Positions 1-12,700 of a stretch of 62,501 bases of DNA are shown here, in pieces; positions within the stretch are counted from its first letter, which is position 1, and every line of letters begins with the position of its first letter. The translations under genes and the position numbers were made by a program. The notes under the pieces are model-generated. The model saw nothing but the letters and a program-made list of their open reading frames with translations, searched no databases and was not told where the DNA came from. The DNA comes from Ruditapes philippinarum. Lineage: Eukaryota. The stretch covers positions 1 to 62,501 of the forward strand of contig NW_026852643.1 in NCBI RefSeq assembly GCF_026571515.1, read 5' to 3'.

Positions 1-563
1 AAACATACATACGACTATTCTTTCTAAGAATTCTAAGAAGTTTACATGGCTGCAGTACATGTCACGGTCAATTTTCAACTTCAGTAAATAATAAAACTAT
101 CGCCGTACTACCATTTACAAAACATTTGAACAAATTCAAACGTGGCTCTTAGCTCTGACGTATTTCTTTTATCTTGTGTATATTTATAATTTATATATGT
201 TTATGATTTTATGATGTATTTATGTTTATGATTGTATGATTTATAATTGTTTATGATTTTATGATTTATATGTTTATGATATTATTTTTCAAAACTGCTT
301 AAATAATAAGGTTTTATTGATACATGTGATATCTGTATGTGCCTTGCATTGAGATTTTTTTTTTTGATTTTTAGAAGTTTACATCTCCACTCATAAAGTG
401 TCTGCCGATGATAATGTTTAAAATCGCGTTATAAATCCGTGGGTATATGAAAGCATTTTGTATACAACGGATATTGAAAATATCTGATACAGTTTTAATA
501 AAAAAGAATATTTTATTCACATGTATTACAAATAGTGAGCTACTCGTAATTTTACCCCTTCCC

Positions 564-700
564 NNNNNNNNNNNNNNNNNNNNNNNNNNNNNNNNNNNNN
601 NNNNNNNNNNNNNNNNNNNNNNNNNNNNNNNNNNNNNNNNNNNNNNNNNNNNNNNNNNNNNNNNNNNNNNNNNNNNNNNNNNNNNNNNNNNNNNNNNNNN
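564..700. other. Run of N (assembly gap or mask)
   Basis: Seen directly. Confidence 0.99.
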
Positions 701-704
701 TTTC

Positions 705-1114
705 GGTGGTTTATAGAAATATATCAGTGAATTAAAACTGGTAATTTCACTGTTTCAAACAGTGAAATTACCACTTTGATAATTTCACTGTTTTGAATTT
801 AAGCCCCTTACGTTGTTTCAGTGAAATACCAGCGTACACAGAACTGGGTACCAACTTAATGACGTGACGTCGTAAATGACGTCACGTTGTATTATTTTTT
901 GGCGCGCTTTTCATTCAGTATTAGGTTTAATGTCTTTTTAAAACGTTTCTTTGCATGTAATAAAAAGAAAATTTGTTTAGTTTAGTGTAAGATCGAAATA
1001 TATTTCACCTTGTGAACACCAAAAGTTCATATTTCACTCGTGGCTGCGCCACTCGTGAAATATACCTTTTGGTGCTCACTCGGTGAAATATATTCCGATC
1101 TTACACTGAACTAA
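705..1114. mobile_element. Non-autonomous repeat with a subterminal hairpin (Crypton- or Helentron-type); uninterrupted copy of the element split at 10500-10727 plus 14120-14326
   Basis: Near-identical to the split copy; contains palindrome TTTCACTCGTGGCTGCGCCACTCGTGAAA. Confidence 0.75.
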
Positions 1115-1260
1115 NNNNNNNNNNNNNNNNNNNNNNNNNNNNNNNNNNNNNNNNNNNNNNNNNNNNNNNNNNNNNNNNNNNNNNNNNNNNNNNNNNNNNN
1201 NNNNNNNNNNNNNNNNNNNNNNNNNNNNNNNNNNNNNNNNNNNNNNNNNNNNNNNNNNNN
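1115..1260. other. Run of N (assembly gap or mask)
   Basis: Seen directly. Confidence 0.99.
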
Positions 1261-2501
1261 AACTATAGAGATTCTGTACAAGAGAAAAAATATACAATAA
1301 ACAACATCAAACAACTTCCTATATTATCTAAGTAAAAATGTGCACAAGTTTCAATATAATGAACATGGTAATGGAACGTATTGTGTCAACTAATATTCAC
1401 ACGAATAATATTTGTGGCATAAATAGGTTTAAAACATATTCAAGGATATGCAGATTTTTGGAAGATTGAAAAAAGGGTATTGAATTTGTGAAAACAAAGG
1501 CCAGAGTTATGGCGCATGGCATGTGAACTGACCTTCCGAGTATCCAAAGCTGTAACAAATTTAAATGTTGAATCACCGTTTTTTAAGTTTTATCAAGACT
1601 ATTTCAAGTATATCTTTGGCCAAAGCAAACAGTTTTTTTCAACATAGAAATAAATAAAATAGTGTGCATTATCTGCATACATGTATAGCACCCGGTCTAT
1701 GTTTAAGGTTACATTGACAATATTGAAGTTCTGTTCGAAGCACTGCAGAATCTTATTACGCACGAGCAAACAGACGGACGAATAGAACAATAGCGGACTT
1801 AAAAGGGGAAGAAACGGTCAAAAATGTGTAACTGATTTATCGTATCTGCTTGTTACTCCGAATCACGCAAGTTGTGTCAAAATGTTCTGCAGATAAACGC
1901 AGTAGAGATATCGGGCCGTAATAAGTAGCGCATATGCATAAACCACTATACAAATTAGTCGTGTGCGGACTCATACCATCAGAATCTATCAATATTTCTT
2001 TTAATGAAGAGCATAATACAATTTATCACAATATCCGCGACGCAGGAGTGTAATAAAGACATTTAATAAAAACGATATTACACAAGTGTAATAACACTTT
2101 GACGTGACGTCATTTGCGTTATATATAAACATAGCGTTAAAGCGCGCTAATGTTAGCGTTATACTATGGGCCCGTCATTGAAAAATTACACATTTTAACA
2201 GTTTACTGTTCTTATTTTATATATGTGATAAAAAGAATATTATATTCGTGTAGATGCAATACTATACAGTTATTTCATATGCGATTTGGGAACAGTCAAA
2301 ATGTTGGCCCGAGGTGGAGGGGGTAGTGCTTTGAACTGTTGCTCAAGGCCGTAGGCCGAGGGCAACAGTTCAAAACACTATCCCCGACACCGAGGGACAA
2401 CTGTTTGACTGTTCCCAAATCACGTATGCAATAACTGTTTTATTATCTGATCAATTACTGTTTTAACAGTACTTGCAACAAAAAAAATAGTTTTGCATAT
2501 A

Positions 2502-5208
2502 CGAGGGCTGTCCGGAAAGTTCGTAGACAAGGCTATAAAATTATTATAAACAGTTATATCAAAATGATGATTGAATATTTTGTTAAAGTATTTATTTGCT
2601 ACATATTTCTAAATTAAATGACATGATAAAATAAAAAGCTGTAAAGCACCGATTACTATGGCAACATGATCAACGAATCACGGAGCACTTTGATTTCATA
2701 ACGATAGCTACTCGAAATAATAAGTTGCTAAAAGTTGTAATTTTTACGCAAACTCTCCTTTTAATTTTGTGACATCATAGGATACTATTACATGATATTT
2801 AGTGTAAATTATGACGTCATACGTAAATAAACGGCTTGTAAATGACGGGTATAGGCAATGAAGTTGCGTAAATTTTGTGTCGCAAAAATGACGTCAAATT
2901 CACGGACGGAGCAACGTAATGATATTTAACTTCATATTAACGCTAATATGGCGCCAACTGAGATTTTAATCTTAACTTTTAAAAACAATATCAACCATAA
3001 AATGTTAAAGGCGACTTGTGTTTAAATGTCAAACAAGATTAAGAAGCGGTGATGAGAGGATGTCGTATAAGAAACGCTCCAGACGACCAAAAGTAGCATG
3101 GCCGAGAAATCGTAGATTGCGTTACAATTTTTGAAAAAGGCAGACATTTCACACACGGTATGGGAACCAGTGACATCTTTGTTTTAAATAATAATTTTAA
3201 ATATGAAATTCATGAAGTAGTAGCAAAGGAACATTACATGTATTAAGTATACGCCAGACAAGTGACATGGCTATTTAAATCGGAAGAAATTGAATAGTTT
3301 AATTTGACGCCGTTGACGCCGTCAAAGTGCTCCATGACGATGTATATATGTTGTATGTAAATACTGTTAAAATACAAACGTAAGTCACACACACCGTATT
3401 ACCGGTGACAGTGATGGCAGATCACTACAGTGATGGCAGATATCTGAAAATTACCGATCGATACAGGTAGGTTATAAATTTGGTTGGTTTAATTATATTA
3501 CACAAATACGGCCCATGTCATTGCTATCAAACTATTGTCCATTGAATGGAGATACTGTTAGGTAATTTTGGACTCTTTTTTTCCTGTTTTAAGACTATTT
3601 TGAGCAGGTTAAAAGTGACAGCCTCGGAAAAATCCGTGAAAATGTCTGTTTTCTGTTCAAAATATCTCAAGTTTGAAGTAAATGGCAGGATTTCCTGTTA
3701 TCAACATAGACGTTCATCCATTGGGGTCACGCAAGCCAAATATTTACCCCGTGAGTCTTTTCTTGAAAGTTTTACAGACGCTCAATCTTGTCCGGTCGAA
3801 GAAAAAATGCTGCCGTTGTAGGCAGATACATATTATAAATGCTGCCGTCGATGGCAGAAATACCATGAAAGTGGCTAACATTCTGACAGAAAATTAAGTT
3901 CAATCTTTTATCAATTCTTCTTTTCTTTGCGTCCTTTTAGTCAGAATTGAGACGTTTAACTATTATTTCTAATATTTTCTCAAGATTGAAAAGTTATTAA
4001 TGCGGTATGTGCACCGAAAAAAGCTTTTTAGCAACATGCAGTTACAATACAAGTAAGACAAAATTGCACTATAAATAGAGAAATGAACATGAAAAATTCA
4101 TTTTTTCTATATTCATGTATGTGTGCTTGATCTGTTGTGTCTGTCAGTTACATGCATACAATACTATATGTATCTTAAGTTTAGCAGCGCACTCCCTTTT
4201 TAAGATATAACGCCAATTGTATATTACAGCAAGTTACTATGCATTTGCTAGCATATGACATTATTTCTCGAGGTAATAATGTCCATCGCTTTATGACAAA
4301 TAAAGGCTGAAATTTACTTAATCGGCGCAGAGTATAAGTTATTAACTTGATGTAATAAAGGGGAGACTATTAACCTCGCAACTGGCATCAGTGTATCATA
4401 AAACAATGTATGTTAATGTAAAATGGAAAGATAATATTATTGACAGTTCAAATATTTTCCTATATTATCAAGTTATTGAAAAACACGACAACGTGGATTC
4501 ATTTCTTTAAATTTTCATGTTTGTAATAGCGTTGTAGGTTGCTTTTGAATTACATTTACTTTGCTAAACTATTAACAACAGTTCTAACATTACGTACTCC
4601 CATTTAACTATATATTTTTCATTCATTTTAGTTGTAACCATGACAACTTATAAAGATGAGCCTACAACGGCAGCATTTTTTCTTCGACCGGACAAGATTG
4701 AGCGTCTGTAAAACTTTCAAGAAAAGACTCACAGGGTAAATATTTGGCTTGCGTGACCCCAATGGATAAACGTCTATGTTGATAACAGGAAATCCTGCCA
4801 TTTACTTCAAACGTGAGATATTTTGAACAGAAAACTGACATTTTTACGGATTTTTCCGAGGCTGTCACTTTTAACCTGCTCAAAATAGTCTTAAAACAGG
4901 AAAAAAAGAGTCCAAAATTACCTAACAGTATCTCCATTCAATGGACAATAGTTTTATAGCAATGAAATGGACCGTATTTGTGTAATATAATTAAAACAAC
5001 CAAATTTATAACCTACCTAGCTGTATCTATCGGTAATTTTCAGATATCTGCCATCACTGCCGCCGGTAATACGGTGTGTCACAGTTCAATAATTTTTGAT
5101 AAATGTGTTCGCTAGATATGTATATTTATGGTGACAAAATTTGTACAGCGTATGTATTGTTATACCATAAAAAATGAAAATGTATATGAACTTTCCGGAC
5201 ATCCCTCG
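2502..5208 (+). mobile_element. Degenerate mariner (Tc1/mariner) element
   Basis: TIR CGAGGG(C/A)TGTCCGGAAAGTTC at both ends, TA on each side (2500-01, 5209-10), and a decayed transposase N-terminus (RTEQR...PTE...VFK...KRSRRP) at about 2890-3100. Confidence 0.85.
3390..5078. mobile_element. Non-autonomous long-TIR element with CAC...GTG ends and 5-bp TSD (Transib-like)
   Basis: Near-perfect TIRs 3390-3823 and 4660-5078; TSD TCACA at 3385-89 and 5079-83. Confidence 0.85.
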
Positions 5209-6653
5209 TATGTTGATAATTAAACTTAATACTTTAACTACTAGTATGTTACGTCACGTCTGGTTTATGATCATGATCGATGGACGCTTCAATTGGGAAT
5301 CCTCTATGACATCAATGACGTCAGAGCACGCGAGGGAAACTGTCAAAACAGTTCGCGAACGTTGACGTTTTCAGAATGTCAGAAAACAGTTAAAAATACT
5401 AAATTACATTTATATAAGGTATCTGGTAATAATAAAATTTATTGAACGAGTTGAATAAAATAATATTATGCTCGCCAGTGGCTCGCATAATATGATTTTA
5501 TTCAACTCGTTCAATAAATTTAGTATTAAACTACACTCATTCAATATCCTCTATATAGATATTATAAAGTAAACAGGAAACGATGTACATGCATATTTTC
5601 ATAAAAATTTTGAAAATATGTCTTACAAAGTTAATTATGAGAAATGAACAAAGAATTCTTTTTCCAAGTTGAAAACGGCACATACGATTTATGCAAACAC
5701 CAAAAAAAAAAAAAAAAAAAAAAAGTGAAAATAAGTAAAAACATCAAAAAGGTAAACATAAGTAAAAACAGCCATTTCTGGCGTTACACACGCAGTTGAA
5801 ATATTATGATAAATACTGCAAAATCAGTCATACATTATATACAAATTTCTACTTCAATCTCGAATCGTTTTAAATTTCTTAAAACCACAGTACATTTTTC
5901 TCACATTTGATTTTGTTGAAATATTTTGGCTCATCTGGAGGCATGTAACTTTTAGGTTGGGTTGTCAAACGAATTGTTCGCTTTTCAACTCGACGTTACT
6001 ACTCCTAACAACCCACGCACCCTAGTGCTCCTCTTCGTCGACATACCTAGTTTGTAGGGTCTCTTCTCACGGTTAAATCAAGGTATCGGCAGATTGTCCG
6101 GTTTTCTTTTCTTTTGCCGTCCAAAGATTTTTTTTTTCAAATTTATTGCCGATGCCATTTGCCTCTCAACGGCGTACACGTACCAAGGAGGAACATAGAA
6201 TTTGGTTAAGTGTTTGCATGTGTGGGCCATATTAAAATTTATATTTCGTGTACAAACATGTTGCGAATTAAATAGATAAATGAATCAAGAAAGAACGACA
6301 ATCTTGGTGAAAAAACATGTTCATATAGGGATAGGCTGAACTCATGATTTTTGGGTAACGTAACAGGATTTTTTAAAGCGTCATGAATTTTAAACATCCG
6401 GTAATTTTAGCGCGTCATCATGATAGATTAGTGGTAACCATATTAAACAGCAAGTTACATGCCGTGAAATACACTTCAAGGACATACACATTTTAAAATT
6501 CAGCAGTAGTAAAATAGATAAAAAAAAGTACAATACCCAACTAAATCTCAATTGTCAATGATATTTCGTTACTGTGAATCGTATCGTATTTCACGTGAAT
6601 TTAAAACTTTTAGCGTTTATATCTAAGGTGACTCTTAACGAAAGAAAAATAAA

Positions 6654-6797
6654 ATGCATACAACGCGTTTTGTGATTTTTATGTCATTGTTTTTGAGAAT
6701 AACTGGAACTATTCTTAAAGATGGCGGTTATGAAGATGTTTATGTTTTGATTCATGAAAGTAATGACGAAAGTGATGAATTGTTACAAATAATTAAG
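6654..6797 (+). CDS. CLCA: CLCA-A exon 1 (signal peptide, MHTTRFV...LLQIIK)
   Basis: ATG, hydrophobic leader, GGYEDV motif shared with CLCA-B exon 1, donor AAG|GTAAGA, phase 0. Confidence 0.85.
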
Positions 6798-9700
6798 GTA
6801 AGATTATTTTCCTATTTTAAAGGTAGACCCATATTCACCCATTAAACTTTAAGAAGAATCTTGTGATCTAAACAAGTTTAGTAAGACGAGTTAGCGAATG
6901 CGAATCAATAACTTGCAAGATAATCCAATTATTTTACCCTGAATGCAAAACTTTTAAAACAATACACTACAATACAATTTTATACAATACAGTTAAATAC
7001 AATACGATACGATAGTTTACAATACGGTAGTTTACAATACGATACGATACGATACGATACAATACAACACAACACAATAAGACATCACAATACAATGCAA
7101 TACAATACAATGCAATGCAACACAATACAAATTTATACAATACAGTACAATACAATGCAATTCATTTTCATACAATACAATACAAGCGATACAATGCAAT
7201 AAAATACAATACAATTTGTTTGTTTTAAACATTGTACAACTTTTCCAGCATAATACATTGGCAGGTAACATAGTCAACAGTAACAATGCAAAAAAACAAA
7301 ATGTTATCAAATTTGAGTTAAAAAGATGTTTCTTTATATACCTATATATTGGAATATTTTGGGTTCGTAACAAATACACGACTAATAAACGATCACAGAA
7401 ACTGTGACTATCTAATATCATTTTGATTTGAGTTGCCAAAATTTGCATTATATTTCAGCTTATGATATGTTTGTTCAATACTCGAATTATGATCTTGTTT
7501 TAATAGGTGTACCTAATACTTAAGCATATTTATCTTTCTGTCGCATTCTGTCGGTAAATGCCCTATTTCACCGTTGCGCATAAATTTGTTGACCTTTTAA
7601 TATTTAACGTAAAACTTTTGTATGTATTGCTTTAATAGTATACAACTACCCTATTGAGTATTTTTTTTTTGTTTTAACAAAATCACACCGTTTCCAAATT
7701 GTCTAATAAAAATAGCTTTTCAGATGTACAACATGTCACAGAGCTTTAAGGGATTAGAATAAACGTTTAACTGAAGTGATAGTGTCATGTTTAAATATCA
7801 TATTCTTTTGATCATTATCTAATTTTATCTACATAATAAATAACATGCCAATGAGCCAGTCTATAGTCGATCGTTCTAAAACTTAACCATTGAGAAAGGT
7901 GACGACTGAGGCAGTATCACTTACTTCATTTGTTTCGCCTCTGTTGAAGTTCGGTTCCCCCTTAAATTGTCATATCTAATTTGATATTATGATCCATATG
8001 CTAGCATTAAGTCTTCGTTGACGTGTCGGAAAGGAACCAGGATAACTTTGGTCAATATCACTTGTTGAATTATTAAATTACAACTTACAAAGCCTAAACC
8101 ACGACCACTATCAGAGAGGCGGTTCTCCCAAGTACAGCAAACCCCTGTAATGTGATCCCTGCAGAACAGTTTGTCCTCAAAATCATTCGAACATTATGCA
8201 ATTCGTACCAATATCTAAATGGGTATTGTTGTATATTGTATACATATTATGTTAAATCTAAGTACTATCTTAAACTGTAATGCGCATGTTCATTATCATC
8301 CCGCCACTTATATATTTGGAACATTCAGTGGTCATTAAACGATAGAACTAGCAACACGTGTCTATGTTATAAATTACAAGTGTACGATCTGTGTACATAC
8401 ATGAATTAACAAATAGACCCATAATACAACAGGTATATTCTCGGCACATTGTCTTGAATTTATTTTAAGTATACCAATCATTTCAATTTTAATTGTTATC
8501 CAATTTATTTTGATTGGACCAGACGTTTCAGTCTTTGTCGTAACAGACAAACATTTAAGAATTTCAGACCTGGCATTGTTTTGTTAATCCATACATTAGG
8601 TTAAACTTTTTCACAAAAATATGCAACTTTATCATTAAACAACGAGCACATACCAAGAACATTGAGAAAAAAATTGATTGTCCTTGCTTCCTGTTCCACT
8701 GCAGTAACACAAGGAAGGTACCGATGGCGTCATGACAACGTACTTTGGGAGGTGGCTGACTGGCTTGAAGGTGAAAGGAAAAAGGAACGAAGGAGTAACC
8801 CCGAGCTTTGCCAGATCAACTTTGTGAAACCGGGTGAAACTGCCAAGACACAGTCGCCACACCCAACCATCAGTTCTAGATGGCGCAACAGGTTGGAACA
8901 TGGAGGTGGATCTTGGCAAGAAGCTTGTTTTTCCCAAGTATTGTCCAGACCAACTTAAGACCAGATATTGTATGGTCTGAAAAAGGAAAGAAACTCATCA
9001 TGATCGAATTAACAGTACCTTGGGAGACAAGATGTAAAGAGGCCTACGAGAGGAAGAAAGCAAAGGTATACAGAGCTTCTCAACCAATGTAGACAGAGAG
9101 GCTGGCATACATGGCTGTTTCCTATTGAAGTAGGTGTGCGAGGGTTCTGTTCGCAATCTGTGTGCCGACTGATGACAGCGATAGGAACTACTGGAAGGGA
9201 TAGACGTAGGACAATCCAAAGACTGAGACAAGCTGCCGAGCGTGCGTCTAGCTGGCTGTGGCTGAGACGAAAGGAGAAGAGCTGGATATGTACCTCGCAG
9301 TAAAGAGTATAGTTGAGAATTCCTTCCGTCAAATTTCGTCCCATCCCGTCCCATTCCATCCTGTCCCGTCCAATCCCATCCCGTCCCGTCCCATCCCGTC
9401 CCGTCCCATCCAATCCAGTCCCATTACATTACATTACATTGATTATTCATTACATGACATTTCATTTCATTGCATTATTACAATACATAACATGACATGA
9501 CATCATGACATATTACTTCGGTGAGAATTTTACTACAGTATATATTTGAAAGTTGTGGTGCAATTATGGCTTAATGTATAGTTCATGATATTTTCACCAC
9601 TTACATTAATATCTGATTGACAAAATTATTTACTGAAAACTTAATACTCCCCCGTGAGACTAAAACCTGAAATTTAAATTTGTGTTATTATTTCAGCAGT

Positions 9701-12700
9701 TTACTCTTCAAAGGTTAGCATTTTGGCTTTATAAATGTTTTCTTTTTTTAGTAAATACATCAATTCTAAATAATACATTCATAAGCTAAAACAAGCCAGT
9801 TATTGCATTTTTCTTTTGTATTTCGTGATAATTTAACAGTCATTGCACACTTCTCCCTCTCACGGATGCGATTGTTTGTTTTTTTTAACTTAAAACGTTG
9901 CATATCTATGTAACTGTAAAACAATGTTGCGAAAACACTTGAAAATTTCCTTTTTACACAGACTTGATTTTAACGAAGGTTTGCAAACATGATTAACCTA
10001 CCTGATAAAGTTATACCTTTTGCAACTGCAGTAAATTCAGCGTTTATCACCTTGAAATACATCTCTTCCAGTTGCACGGTTTTTACCCTATGCTTGCTGT
10101 GTAATTTAATTATTTTCAATACAAAATTTGTAGCATACCTGTTACATCAAATCCAACCAAAACTAAGGTACTTGTATGGAACGCCAAAGATGCCTATTGT
10201 TGTAACATTTCTTTCTTCTTTTCCCCTTCGAATTTATGGCGTTCCATACCCTTTTGGAGAACGGCTATTTCTGATAGGAAATGAACATTTCGACATCTCA
10301 CTCGCCCCCTGAATATAGTCACATTCACTTTCAAACTTCTGGTATAAGGGGAGATAAAAGCAATCAGATACAAGAATTGAAAGAGGCCCCGTGACAATAA
10401 AACAGACGCACTAAAATCTGTAATTGACTTGTTAAATGGAAAAAAAGATACTTCTTTTTTTGTATTTTCCTGATTATATTTTTTTTATTACATGCTTTTT
10501 TGGTGGTTAATAGAAATATATCAGTGATATAAAACTGGTAATTTTACTGCTTGAAACAGTGAAATTACCACTAAGATAATTTCACTGTTTTGAATTTAGG
10601 TCCCTTACGTTGTGTCAGTGAAATACCAGCGTGCACAGTACTGGGTACCAGCTTAATGACGTGACGCCGTAAATGTCGCCACGTTGTATTATTATTTGGC
10701 GCGCTTTTCATTCCGTATTAGGTTAAACACCCTGGATGAACAAGTTTTGTCACGTGACCACAAATGCAAACGCCGATTTAACATTTCAGCAAATATTTGC
10801 AGATATCTTTTTTTCCACTGCGAGCACAAAAATAAGACATAGACCTTAGGACCAGGCGTAAATTAAGCTTTTATATTATGTGAGTAGTCATTACTATACT
10901 TTAGTAGTTTTTTAGAACACTTCGACACAAATGTTTTTTTCGCAAAGCAAACGCCGATAGGTTTTACTTTTTCCTATCATTTTTTTTCACTGGAAATACA
11001 TGTTGAGGTAAAATAATAGAGGATATGTCTTTTGACATGCCATTCCCGTCCCTAACTCATTTATAATTCCATGAGCAAAGTTATATTTGACGTAATCCCA
11101 TGTCATTCCCCGTATTGTCTAATTTGCAAACGTCGTTTGAACATGTAAAATATGCAAACGCCGGTTGAACATATTAGATATATATTTCTTGCATCTCAGA
11201 CAGGATTTTCTTGCATCTCAGACAGGATTATCTACCGTTTACACCGGTGCTGGAAAACTCTGTCTTACATCCCCATGTAAGACAAGTCGCGTGCTTTAAA
11301 TTACGTCATTGATGCGCGCCTTTTATGAATGAATCGCGTTCTTGAAATGACGTCATTTTTCCGTTATGAATGAAGTTGTATGTTCATACACTACTATAAG
11401 AAAAAAGTGCGTAATGAGAATATCAGTTTTCATAATTTCTGTTCCGAAAATAATTGACATGACACATGCAAGAAAAAGAATCAAACACCGGCTGTCAGTA
11501 CAGACGGGAATATCTAGCTCTCTGGTAACTGTTTAGCGGAAACTCGACAGAGCCTCGTTACCGCTGTAAACAGTTACTCTCGAGCTAGATATTCCGGTCT
11601 GTACCGGCAACCGGTGTAAGATTCTTATAATCTACCGTTTACACCGGTGCTAGAAAACTCTGTCTTACACCCCCATGTAAGACAAGACGCGTGCTTTAAA
11701 TGACGTCATTGACGCGCTCCTTTTATAAATGAATCGCGTTCTTAGGATGACGTCATTTTTCCGTTATGAATGAAGTTGTATGTTCATGCGCTACTATAAG
11801 AATAAAGTGCGTAATGATAATATCAGTTTTCATAATTTCTGTTCCGAAAATAATTGACATGTTAGCGGAAACTCGGCAGAGCCTCGTCACCGCTGTAAAC
11901 AGTTACCCTCGAGCTAGATATTCCGGCTGTACCGACAGCCGGTGTAAGATTCTTATAATCTACCGTTTACACCGGTTCTGGAAATCTCTGTCTTACACCC
12001 CCATGTAAGACAAGTCGCGTGCTTTAAATGACGTCATTGACACGCGCCTTTAATGAATGAATCGCGTTCTTAGGATGACGTCATTTTTCCTTTATGAATG
12101 AAGTTGTATGTTCATACGCTACTATAAGAAAAAAGTGCGATATATATACATCAGTTTTCATAATTTCTGTTCCAAAAATATTTGACATGTAATATGCAAG
12201 AAAAAGAATCAAACACCGGCTGTTGGTACAGACGGGAATATCTAGCTCTCAGGTAACTATTAAGCGGAAACTCGACAGATATTCCGGTCTGTACCGGCAG
12301 CCGGTGTAAAATTCTTTTTTATTTTAAAACATTCTTCTTCTTAAATAACAAACTTTTATAAAACTTCTGTATATCCCATATATACATGTATACATAAAAC
12401 CATATACCGGTAATCTTCTCAAAAATCAATTCCACGCAAAATCCGTCGGGAATAAACTTTGATTTCAAAATGTAGAAAAAAAATCCATCTTCTTAGGTTG
12501 AACAATACAGCGACGTTGAACTACACAGTGAGATCACTTGGATTTACTTGTTTCAAATAAAATTTAACGAAGGTGTTTTCTTTTGACCAATCTGCAGCGT
12601 TGAGAATTTGGACCTAAAGCGCTTGTAGAATGTGCTGTTTCGTTTTTATGTTTATCTTCATAAGCCTCTTGAATTGTTTTAAGAATATATGAAGCCAAAG

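Larger units (their letters stand above)
1980..5556. mobile_element. Nested TE cluster: hairpin element A (about 1980-2264 plus 5436-5556) interrupted by hairpin element B (2265-5435), interrupted by a mariner derivative, interrupted by a Transib-like foldback
   Basis: The two halves of A rejoin (…gcaatacta|aatttattgaac…) to match the intact related copy at about 14825-15080. Confidence 0.75.

Noticed and set aside
447-1314. ORFs spanning N runs
   Set aside because: They are artefacts of translating through gaps
3546-4937. Twin 91-aa ORFs on opposite strands (MEILLGNFGLFF...)
   Set aside because: They are the two arms of one inverted repeat and show no recognisable domain
6967-7448. Cys/Tyr-rich ORFs, and the PSRPI / GTGRD ORFs at 9009-9500
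   Set aside because: They are translations of microsatellites
10728-10770. True RSS (heptamer-spacer-nonamer) at the CAC-ended elements
   Set aside because: Only a heptamer-like CAC start is present; there is no ACAAAAACC-like nonamer at 12 or 23 nt and no RAG1/RAG2-like ORF in the window
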